A stretch of DNA of 64,000 nucleotides from Auanema rhodensis. Lineage: Eukaryota > Animalia > Nematoda. Under the pieces are notes generated by a model that was given only the letters and a program-made list of their open reading frames with translations, was not told where the DNA came from and did no database searches. The stretch spans positions 9,238,001-9,302,000 of the forward strand of contig OZ059900.1 of the NCBI GenBank assembly GCA_964057225.1, in the 5' to 3' direction. Made by a program: the position numbers and the translations under genes. How positions within the stretch are numbered: position 1 is the stretch's first letter; each line of letters opens with the position of its first letter. Shown piece by piece: positions 52,901 through 64,000 of this stretch.

Positions 52901-54833
52901 ATGAAAATCAATACCAAATCGAAAATCCAAAAAACGCTTCGATGGATTTGGACCTCGAAAAAGCCATTTTTTTGAAATTCCAAAGCTTATAACTCTGTTC
53001 AAAATCGATTTTCTCGAAAACTTATTATATCATCGTGCAACCCAGCAATATACCATCCTTTTCACAAAAATTCAAATCTATATCTCACCTCACTCAGTAG
53101 TTATTCTTCTTCAAAACGAACACAAATATTCAAAAACTTAACTTTAAAGGCCGTTATCTCCTTACTCCTTCAAGTTATCAAAAATTTCTAAACGGATTCT
53201 AAACCTACTCAACACGATCTATCACATAAACTACTTATATGGAAGTTTGAAGCACTTTGAATTTTTGAAAAATCAAGAATTTAGCCATTTTTCAGTTTGA
53301 GAAATAAAAAATTTGCATTTTCTTTGTTTTGAGTGATGCATCAGAAGCGCATTGAAACGCAGATTCCAAATATGAAAACCTTAACTTCCAATTTTCACTC
53401 TGAAAAGAGTTACGAGGCTTTAAAAGTTCTGACGTCAAACATTCAGAAGGCTATATCTCCTTTCAGACAGCGTTTTAGAGACTCCTAAGTATCAGAATCG
53501 TTTTCTACGCCATTGATTACCCTTATGTAATCATTTTCAAAGCGTTTCCTCAAAATTTTCGAAATTCGATCGAATCGTCTGATTCCATGTACTCCCCCCT
53601 TACCTACTTTCCGACCAAAATTGGCCTTCACTCAAAAAATATTTTCAGTTTGAATCGATAATTATATGATATAATTAGGGTGACACTGAAATTTAAGAGA
53701 TAGAATAACATGAATATTCATCTTCAAACTCTTGAGTTCCGTAGTTGCATCATGGTAACTTAGATTCTATTACGTTTTAACCAGGATTTCCAAGACTTTC
53801 GTCAAACAGTACGTAAGAACAGGAAACATTTCAGGAGGAATCAGGACTAGCACTGACAACTCTTCAGAAAAAGTTTGAGAATGTGTTTGATTCATGTGGA
53901 TCCAACAATACCATGTAATTCATTTTGATGTTTTCTGTTCTCACGTACTGTTTGACGAAAGTCTTGGGAATCCTGTTACCATGATGCAACTGAGGAATAC
54001 AAGAGTTTAAAGATGAATATTCATGTTATTCTTTCTCCTTAACTTCATTTTGATTCTAATTATATCATATAATTATCGATTCAAACTGAAAATATTTTTT
54101 GAGTGATGGCCAGTTTTGGTCGAAAAGTAGGTAAGGGGGGAGTACATGGAATCGAACGATTTGATCGAAATTTATAAATTTTGAGGAAACGTTCTGAAAT
54201 TGATTACATAAGGTCAATCAATAGCGTAGAAAACGATTCTGATACTTAGGAGTCTCTAAAACGCTGTCTGAAAGGAGATATAGCCTTCTGAATGTTTGAC
54301 GTCAGAACTTTTAAAGCCTCGTAACTCTTTTCAGAGTGAAAATTGGAAGTTAAGATTTTCATATTTGGAATCTGCGTTTCAATGCGCTTCTGATGCATCA
54401 CTCAAAACAAAGAAAATGCAAATTTTTTATTTCTCAAACTGAAAAATGGCTAAATTCTTGATTTTTCAAAAATTCAAAGTGCTTCAAACTTCCATATAAG
54501 TAGTTTATGTGATAGATCGTGTTGAGTAGGTTTAGAATCCGTTTAGAAATTTTTGATAACTTGAAGGAGTAAGGAGATAATGGCCTTTAAAGTCAAGTTT
54601 TTGAATATTTGTGTTCGTTTTGAAGAAGAATAACTACTGAGTGAGGTGAGATACAGCTTTGAATTTTTGTGAAAAGAGGGGCCTATTGCTGGGCTACAAG
54701 ATAATATAATAAATTTTCGAGAAAATTAACTTGAAACAGAGTTATTAGCTTTGGAATTTAAAAAAAATGGCTTTTTTGATGTCCAAATCCATCGGAGCGT
54801 TTTTTGGATTTTCGATTTGGTATTGATTTTCAT

Positions 54834-54909
54834 AAAAAATGCAGAAAGGGATCGTACCTTTACATTCGATTGTAAGCGTTTACCATACAGACCACTCGAC
54901 CATTTGGCT
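54834..54909 (-). pseudogene. tRNA-derived module 2, right-arm mirror copy
   Basis: Reverse complement of 52825-52900. Confidence 0.65.
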
Positions 54910-55092
54910 TATAATATTAATGTTTTAATCGCAAATAAGAAGAGTGACAAGAGTATTTGAAATAAAAACTTTTTCGAAACAATGGAGTCGAGATCAATTT
55001 GAATTCCAGACTTTCTTTATGATTTTTGAAGCTTTAACTCCGTTCTGTAGTATCTTGGCCAAGTGTCTGATTATAGAGATATCTATCTATTT

Positions 55093-55128
<36 letters not shown>

Positions 55129-55171
55129 TATATTAGAGAGAGAGAGAGAGAGATATTTTAAATTTTCTTTG

Positions 55172-55243
55172 ATATCACTGTAGGATTTGAACCTACAAGT
55201 GCACCTTACTATAACTGAAATACAACCATTATACTAAGATGTT
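55172..55243 (-). pseudogene. tRNA-derived module 1, right-arm mirror copy
   Basis: Reverse complement of 52491-52562 (gtaggatttgaacctac). Confidence 0.7.
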
Positions 55244-56027
55244 ATATGAATTAACTATAAAATATAAAATATATAATAAGATAATTCATACTACATATAT
55301 GATAAACTATAAATAAATAAATATAAAAATGAATAAAGACCAATAGATTAAGTGTACATATAACTAGCTATAATTTTTGTTTATTAAGACAATAAGTTTA
55401 AAAAAAATAATATAACTATGTTATTCTTATTTTAAAATATCTTGTCAAATTAAGCGAAAATGCTTTCAGTTAAAGCTCTCTGGTTAGATTAAGACCGAAG
55501 CAACGTATTTTTTTTTGTACCGTTCTCATCCTTTCTAGTAGTAAAAAATATGGCAAGCTTTCTATCCCGTGTCATTATACGAAAACGGAGTCGTGTAACT
55601 GGTGGTAGAGTTTTCCGAACCTAATCCACAGCATCAAATTAAAGGCTGAGTGTGTGCCGTAGTGATTTATTGGCTTATCTAATCGAGAAAGTTGGAAACA
55701 TTTTTTAAACTTTTTGTGAAAGTGTGTATTGAAATTTTGTTTCAATAAGTATTCATTATATTCATTAAAAACGAAAAAACGAACAAGTACAAACAAACAG
55801 AAAAACCTAAATATTTGAATTAAAAAGGAAGAAGAAATTAGAAATCATTATGCAATGCAAACAATAGCAGATCAAAATATGTATTTTTCTTTGAGTATTG
55901 TGCATGACGAACCAGAATAAATATGTGAACAAGAGTTCAATTTAAAATGTACTGGAAGAAAATAAAATTTCACGTAAGTGTGATAATATATTAAAAGATC
56001 ATTTACAGGATAAGCATTGAATTTGAT

Positions 56028-57065
56028 TCAATTCTCTTCATCGTCAGAACTCGGGTCTACAGAAGATCCAGGGAAATAAGAATCGATATCAGTCATAAGA
56101 GTAGTTATTATCTGCAAAAAGTATTTAATATAAAAATTAGATACAAGTATGTAACCTTTATACGTTTGTCTTCATAGATTCTACGGTAATCATTATGCAT
56201 AATAGCTGGTACCCACTTTCTGGCAACAATGGGAGCCATAATTCTGTAAGCAATTGTTTTTAAAACAAATTAATAAGACTAATATACTCAAAATCTCCTA
56301 AAGCATGACAATGATCAATCAATAATTTTATAATATATTTGATATTATGCAAATAGTTTTCGGGCACTAAATCGAGGGCAGCTCTTAATAAATTATGAAA
56401 TTCCTGATCAGTTGTGCAACTGAAAAAAGTAATGAAAAGTATAAACAACTGATAATATCGTATTAAAGCTTACAAATTGGTTTGCATCATAGTATAAAAA
56501 GGGTCTAGAGTGAATAAAGTTTCTGGAACAAGCCGACAGTACTCCATGAGCAAAACGCCAATAGTCATCCAGTGGTCACGATAATCATCTAATCCAAGCT
56601 GAAATAGAGGGTTTATTGTATAATTAATCAGCAACGTACATTTTTGTCTACGCGTTCAAGTCTGTATCGAATTATTTCTTTTACATCCCAATGAAATGTT
56701 AATGTAAATAAATCTGTAGATAGGTGAAAAAATGAAACAGAATTAAATAAATACCAGGATTCCCTAAAGCATATTTGCGGACAACATCGCAACAATACTG
56801 AATTGGAAGTGCCAGACGACGGCCAGTTCTATCCAAATGAAGTTGAAGATTGATACCGAATACATTGCGATCAGCACCGGCCATAAACATAAGAGCTAAA
56901 ATATTCATGGAATCAATGATGAAAAAAAAAAATTAATTAAATTACAAGAATACAAATAAAGTTGAAAAAAATAAACTCACGATTTGAAGATTTATTCTCA
57001 TTTCTTCCCATTTGTTTGCGTCGAAAATGATTGAGCTCTTCTGGACAAGGAGTATTTCTTTGCAT
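56028..57065 (-). CDS. Stand-alone RhoGAP-domain protein, RICH/ARHGAP17/SH3BP1-like, divergent
   Basis: Spliced: MQRNTPCPEE...SSN|PLMFMAGADRNVFGINLQLHLDRTGRRLALPIQYCCDVVRKYALGNP|DLFTLTFHWDVKEIIRYRLERVDKN|LGLDDYRDHWMTIGVLLMEYCRLVPETLFT...|...LRAALDLVPENYLHNIKYIIKLL...|IMAPIVARKWVPAIM...|IITTLMTDIDSYFPG...EEN*. Aligns by eye with the RICH GAP domain (FGxxLxxHLxRxGRxIALPI). Confidence 0.8.
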
Positions 57066-58615
57066 TCTAAAAAAAAATATTTTTGTTTTTATTCAAAATA
57101 AAAAAAACAAATACACAAATACAAAAATAAAAATAATAACAAAATACAAACTTATTACAAAAATTATGCTCCGCCCTTTTTGTAATTATTTAAATTATGA
57201 TTAGTCCACGTTTTCCTAATTTCGTTCCGGGACCAATAAATAATTTTTAATTAATAATCAGTGATAAGCTAACTTACTTCAATTCATATTGTAGACAATA
57301 ATAAAACAGTTTCACTGACATCGAGACGCCGTTTTGTTGTAATGGCGGGCCAATGGTACTGAGTCATAGGTCTGTCAATTGTCCAAATATCGATAGCAGT
57401 CATCCCTTTCTTAGAATTTCTGTTTTTAAGATTACTTCTTTTCTGAGAAAAGAAAAACGACATTTTTTCATGTTCGAACTGAAATAAAACAATTTAATTG
57501 AATTTTTCTTGTTCTACGTCATATGCTCTCATATTCTCATATGTACAAATGATGTCTACAGTCTGACTTTCACCCATAGCGTAAGAGAGCATAAACTAAA
57601 TAATTCGTTCATAAGTATTTAAACGATGTTTTTTTTTTATCTGAATCAGAATTAATGAATATATAAAAGAAAGAATAAAATGAACGTTTCAATATGGAAA
57701 TTCGCAAAGTTCAATCACGATGACTGTAGTATCAATTGCTTATTTCGAAATGTTTTCTTAAATGAAGAAGAAAAAAAATATTTTAAAATTATATTTCAAA
57801 CATGAAATAGAACATATTTCTTGAGATAAGTGTACCAGAGATCAACCGCTTTACAATATACAACAGCATTAAAAAATTTTAAATGTGAGCTGGCATTAAG
57901 CAATGAAAGGATGAATGGTGTAAGGGGGGGGGAAGGTGTAAAAAGAAAAAAAACATTATAAACTCATGGAACACATTAGATATAACAGAATGGATCTCAT
58001 TAATACACATGTATTCGCTCACAGCAACTAATGGTTTTCCTCCTATTTCGAAAATTATTGATTATTTTTAAAAAGGCAAAATACAAAGTGCGAAGCGATT
58101 ACAAAAACTCAATATATATTCTTGACTCTCAATATCGCTTTGCGTATTTTTTGATTGGTTAACAACATTTAAATGATTTTAGAAATCAAAAAAGTGTGAT
58201 TATACATATTATAAAGAAGAATGAGGATTACAATGGATTGATTACAGGATAGTAGTAAGGGGTTGTATTTAGTTTACAATATTATAAGGCAAATTTAAAC
58301 ATGTTCTTTTTCATATAGCACTCTCTTCTTAATTTACATTATAAATAAAAAAACAAAATCATGGAAAAATTAAAAAAAAAAAACAAAAAAAAACACATAA
58401 ACCGATATTTCTTCAGCAATGCACCGAGATAAATAGAGTGTGTGGAGGGGCTTGTGGCTAAGAAAACCATCCATGACACATAGCGAACTTGCTAAGTTAG
58501 CATGGTGAAATAAATATTAGTTAAATGTAATTATGTTACAAACCATAAAAAAAAGCAATATCATTATTATATTAACGTTCTATAGAAATTAAGAAAGTTT
58601 GCAGTAGTTTTTCCA

Positions 58616-61600
58616 TCATGCCTCTGCATTAGCCAAAATTGGTTCGCACGGTGTAGAAGCCTAAAATTCAACTATCAAAGTTTTCAAAAAAAAAAGGACA
58701 AACGTACAGGTGCCTGATGACCGTCTTTATTCTCAGCCAGAGAACCAGTAATTGCTACCGTAGGTGCAGCTGCCCCATTCGGTGAAGAGAGATGTTCCAT
58801 TGGAAATCCGTGCTTACTATTAACATTACGACTTTCAGGAACATATGTGCGTTCACTCTCCACACGTTCACGTCGTTTCCTGAAAAAAACACAAATACAT
58901 TTAACAATTCAATAACATCATAACATACTTGAAGCATTCAAATGGAACCTTACTCAGCTGTCGCTTAACGGCTATTTGAATTTCGCTATTCAAAAAGCAG
59001 TAAAGTACAGCAATGAATATTCCCTAAATAGAGTTCGTTATATAAGGTTTTCATTATGTATATCAGATACCTGTGAATGCTGTAATATAGCTGAAACTAG
59101 CATGTAAGCAGCACTAGGCTTTTCTGGCTCATAAAATAATGGAATGTTGGAGATACCTAGTAGAGGAACTAATAGCAATGTTGATTTGATTGTTCGCCTT
59201 AAATTTACTATTACTATAATGATAATTCAGTGGTTACTAACCATATTTTTTTTGATTCAGCTGTTCGCTCGTCACGTAATTTTTGTACCAAAATGGATAC
59301 AATTCCAAGAAGAAAGATTAAATTCATCTACAAAGAAACATTTAATTATAGATAACTATATTTGAAACTAACTATCAAAGCAAGTCCTATTGATCCGGCT
59401 AAAATCCATAAATGATTTCCTTGTGCATATGGCAACCAACAGAATGAATTCGCTTCCTGCTTTTGCTCATGTACAATTGTCCAGGCCATAACTATCAAGA
59501 ATGGTATACCTGTATATGCATAAAATTAACCTATACTTTAAAACCGATCATACCCCATCCACATAAAATGAAAAGCATCCATGGAGCATCGTTATGACGC
59601 ATAGCAAATACCGTAAAACGACTATATAAGTATGCTCCTTCAATCAGCATCCACATGACGGATGCAACTTGAAAATATATAACACACCATAGAATTGCTT
59701 TACAAATCCATTCCTGTAAAACAAAATATTTTTTTAAAAACATTTCTACATATTTAAAAAAATTCAAACTTACATATTCCCACAAGGGCTGCGGATGAAA
59801 TTTAGTACAATCTTGAAAAGCGTTTGTAGTTTGAACTATTGTCCATGCAGCTAAAACAGCAAATCGAAATACGAAAGCCGTTGCTAAGTTTTTGTGAATC
59901 GAAAGACGACGGCACTACAATAATAATTAGATTATGATTATAATAAAGAAATCAATCTACTTGAAGTGAATCAAACACTGAAAATAGAACGATTGCTGCA
60001 ACAAGCACAATAACCGAAATCACAGATAATGTTAATGAAACTGATATAACTAAATCTCTTAATAAGTCGGGGCACTGAAAATAAATTATAAAATATGGAG
60101 AATATGAAGAAAAAAATCTTAAAAAATAAAAATTACAACTCACTAATCTACAATATCCTTGAATACAATGTTGATATTCCTTAACAACAGTTAAGCATTC
60201 ACCGTAATTTGTATTTTCCCAATCTCCACTATTTGTACATTGTCGTGTAACCATATGTCTCTCTGTAGTTATTAATATATAAAATTATAAATTTAAAGCT
60301 TCTGAAGTTTGAACTTGTCAATATTTTAATTACCAAATATAATATTATTATAGAAATGTAAATAACTATATTTATATAATTGTTTATAATATATTAAATA
60401 TTATAAGATATACTTAACTTGTTAATCTTAATTGATTAACAAGCAAACATATGTTTTTACTAATAGTACAACGAATGTTTTTAATTTTTGATATGTCTTC
60501 AACTTCACCAACTGTTTGATGAATGATTTACTATGAACAACATTTCTTCTTGACAATTTAAACAGAGCAATTTATCGCATAGTCATGTATGTGTAAATAC
60601 CAATGGATTTTGACCCCAAATTAAAACAAAAGCAGGAAGTTGAGGAAAGTATGCTCAACTAGATCAGAACATTAATTTTTTTTTGATAGATATAAAGTAT
60701 TTTAAATTTTCGAGAAATAAACTATTATTCACAGTGGTTGCACTGTATTTTTTGATTGAAATATCCATGTCTTGATCTAATATTTCTACATTTTTAACCC
60801 AGCTCTAGACTAGATAACTGGATGAATAGCCAGCTTTTAATTTGTATACAGAGACAAAGAAAGGCTTTTTTTCTCAATATACATCTATATTACTCATGGT
60901 TAATGACGCGTGAAACACTGCAAAGATGAAAGTTTAAAGAAGACTTGGCAAAGTACGAAATGATTAAGTTGACAAGATGAATTACTTCAAACATACAACA
61001 TTCTTCTAAAGTACTACATTTCAAGATGTTTAAAAATTATAAATGGTTAATCTAGATAAAGTGATAAAGAAGCCTTTTTTAAAAAAAAGTAATTAATTTT
61101 AAAAATTTCTTACTCAACCAGCTGTCTATACTCCCCCCCCCCCTCTCCCTTTACTCTTCATTTCTTTCATCTCATTTCATTATTCTCTCTCTTTATCATG
61201 AAACGCGTTTTTTTTCATCTCAGGCGGTTTTAACACTAAGAGTATTTACGAGCAGGTGTTGCACTAACAACAAGTACCAGTTTGTAAGAATTGTCGATTT
61301 CATCGCTCAAAATGTGACCAGAAAGATGAATTGAGTAATCTCAATAATCAACATATACGACTCAAAGTTCGAAAATTGCCTTTAATTATCCCGAACTTCT
61401 CAACGTTTTTCTAAAGACATTTTACGATGTCGCTATAAAATGATTCTTAAATCTAAATATACGCAATCACGTCTCAAATATCAATTGCACAGCAATTTGT
61501 AATTGAAATAACATAATGGAACTATTGGCATCACGGAACTGAATGCCTTCCAAAATTAACTTCTGGCCGGTTGTAACATTTTTTTAAAGATGTAGTAAAC

Positions 61601-63751
61601 CAATTAAGAGTAGAAAGTCCAACTTAAACGTTTCAAACATCAAGATCCAAGACTTCTTCAAATTTTTTTTTTTTGACAAAAAATAGAAATATTTCTTTAA
61701 CTACTTTTTTTTAAGAATTGAGAATAAGCGTTATTATAACATTGAGCAAAATTCTAATAATTCGAACAAATTAAGAAGAATATTGATATTGATTAATATG
61801 TAATATTATATATTTTCAAAATATAGCTCATGATGGGATGCTATATGCTCGCCCCCTCATCTTTTTTCTATTTTTAATCTTTTTCTCTCTCATAGTCATT
61901 TTCTCATTTTTCAATCATTTCTTTTTCAATAATTCAGCAGAAAAAAAACATGACGAGTCATTTTCACTTCTCTAATGTTCCTTAAAGATCTCAAATATTT
62001 TTTTTGGCAAGTAATTTATATTTTCGTCAATGTTTTAAGTGGCAATAAAATTTTTACGCTATCTAGTGATAGCAATTTACATTTATCTTCATTGTTTCTC
62101 ATAAATTTTCGGACTTACCGTAGAATAACATTAATTATGTTTTAAAGCTTTTTAACTTTTTTTTTCTTTTCGGGACTTCCAAGAGAAGCTAAGTTTTAAG
62201 TTATTGTTGTAAGATGAAATTGTCATTGATACTTTTCAGCTGTTTCGTGAGTGTTTTTAATAAAACTTTTGTCGGTTATTACACAGGTTCAAAACTAAAC
62301 CAAATGACATTCATCTAGTAAGTTTTTCTTTCACATTCTATCTTTTTGTTTTATTTATCATTTTCTTGTTTTTAACATGTTTGTTACAATGCTTGTTATT
62401 AACTAAGTAAAAAAAATAAACTTACGGGCTATGAACTGACATTCCGGTACTGTAGAACAGTAGGTAAATGGACAGACACGCTGTGCAACTTCTCCTAATT
62501 GAGCTCCAGCCCAACATAATGACTTATCAAAGCTCACTCGACATCCAGAGCCACTAAAAATAAAACTTCAACTGCTTTTTTTCAATCCCTAAGTAATGTC
62601 ACATAATTAGCTCTACTCTTCTCTCTAGCTATCAAGACTATTATTTTGATTTCTTCATCTTCTCTAGCTATCAAGACTATTATCTCAATTTCAGTTTACA
62701 AGTATACCATGTATTTAAGTTGAAAAGTAACGAGATGACTACACAAATTGATTTATGATTGCTTGGTCGAGAAAACGGCACTAAGCGTATGTGATGTTCT
62801 GAAGGCCGCCGACTATTATCGTTGTTAAGCGGTCTCTAGAGCGCTGACATGTATTTTCTCGTGGGAATGTTTGCAGATATTTGGCACAGAATACCCGAAC
62901 ACATGTAAAGAAGCTTTATGGGCATGGCTGTAGCTAAGTTTGGGTTATATCCACATGAATAGTCAAAGTCAATGCATGTAGGAGGCGAAGAATAGTCAAC
63001 TTGAACTGCCAACAGATTTTTGAGCACTTAGAAAGATATCCAATTGTTTGCACAATGCCATCCTCTATTTTTTTAGCCAAAAAGAACAAAAAGATGAATA
63101 TATTTCTAAATATACTAATGATTTCCTGAAAAACAAAAGAAAATAAGAAGCGCTAAACAGGACAACGTTAAGTGTAAACGAAATTCGGGATTGGAGTGTT
63201 AAAAATAAACTCAACCTCCGATATCTTATGTCAGTCAAAAAAAAGATAAGATCATTTATCTTCGTTTTTCAGATTTTTTGTTCATTTCTATTGAAGTCCC
63301 AGGGGGGCATTTCTTTTAGATTCCACTTCTCAGATTTTAGCTTCCTGACCAGTGGCCCCCAGTTGAATAGAAATAACTCAATTTGAAAATTGACTTTTTA
63401 CTTAGTTCAAAAAAAAAGATATATGAATAAAGATGACTGAGCAACTTATAACAGCTTCGTTCATCCGCTCAGTAACTTCATCACTCTTTGAACATTTTGT
63501 TTTTTTTTCAGACCCAAAGCATTTAGACTTATGAATAAGGAAGTATTCAGTAATGCATGATTGAATCCGTAATCACATTCAACATCTCTCATCTCTTCAT
63601 TCCATTTATCGTTTATACTAATCAGCAATTCATCATAATTAGCATAATATTCATATAACAGGGTGTGAAAATCAAACCTGGTTGATTTATTGAGCCGTAG
63701 TTCTTCTTGTAACTTCCAGCATGTTTCATATTCGGATTTGACAACCGACAT
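58616..63751 (-). CDS. seb-3: Class B (secretin/CRF-like) GPCR SEB-3
   Basis: MSVVKSEYETCWKLQEELRLNKST; hormone-binding domain CRVSFDKSLCWAGA...CPF; CPDLLRDLVISVSLTLS; CRRLSIHKNLATAFVFRF; WICKAILW...WMLIEGAYLY; SFCWLPYAQG; TIKSTLLLVPLLG; QGIFIAVLYCFLNSEIQ. Matches recalled SEB-3. Confidence 0.94.
62621..62691. repeat. Short tandem duplication (about 39-bp period) in seb-3 intron 1
   Basis: tctctagctatcaagactattat occurs twice. Confidence 0.8.
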
Positions 63752-64000
63752 ATCGTAGCAGACTCCAGAAGAGCTGACTTCGTGTCTGGCTGACTCAGCA
63801 GCAGATTAACGTGGTATTGTAAACGGCTGGCCTACAATGAAATCTTTAAATCATTATTCTTGCATAGTTTTCAAACAATAGAAGTACGACATCAATGACA
63901 ACTGAATCAAGACAAGAATAAGAAAAGGTGTAGTGCAATCCAGAGCAACTCTAAATCAAATTGCTGGAAGAATGCAGAATATTTTGCAAAGCACATTCAT

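Larger units (their letters stand above)
52229..55505. mobile_element. Non-autonomous foldback/palindromic DNA element, inverted arms of about 1.6 kb, flanked by TA
   Basis: The left arm 52229-~53829 is the reverse complement of ~53928-55505; paired positions sum to 107734 over most of the arms. Spacer about 98 bp. TA at 52227-52228 and 55506-55507. No transposase ORF. The inverted repeat is certain; the transposon origin is inferred. Confidence 0.8.

Noticed and set aside
52551-55183. Mirror ORF pairs 52551..52790/54944..55183 and 52774..52983/54751..54960
   Set aside because: They are by-products of the inverted repeat. RERERE comes from the (GA)n tract, starts are non-ATG, and there are no transposase motifs.
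57277-57478. Possible extra 5' coding exon of the RhoGAP gene
   Set aside because: All three frames contain a stop before the donor, so it is at most a UTR exon.
62836-63027. ORF within seb-3 intron 1, and read-through of ORF 63461..63751
   Set aside because: The seb-3 exon ending at 63678 splices in frame directly to the exon at about 62553, and the intronic ORF has no recognisable homology.

Overview
AT-rich eukaryotic DNA with very short (about 41-60 nt) introns and TTTCAG/TTTTAG acceptors, typical of a nematode genome; the species cannot be determined from the sequence. The ORF track is mostly exon fragments, so gene models were spliced by hand. The window holds about 12 protein-coding genes: an uncharacterised coiled-coil protein (-), syg-1/KIRREL (-), hsp-25 (-), an ACR-16-group nicotinic receptor alpha subunit (-), a two-TM protein with an MCCCC N-terminus and a GC-AG intron (+), acid ceramidase asah-2 (+), DENND1/rme-4 (+), a 79-aa single-TM microprotein (-), a SETDB1/MET-2-like pre-SET+SET protein with degenerate catalytic motifs (+), a Q50 paired-like homeobox gene, ceh-54-like (+), a RICH-type RhoGAP lacking its arginine finger (-), and the class B GPCR seb-3 (-). 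The most striking non-coding structure is a 3.28-kb palindromic (foldback) element at 52229-55505, with arms of about 1.6 kb, a spacer of about 100 bp and TA on both sides. Each arm carries two tRNA-derived A-box/B-box modules pointing inward. Several decayed RTE-like LINE 3' relics and microsatellites are also present. Gene-family assignments come from recalled protein sequences, not from database searches.
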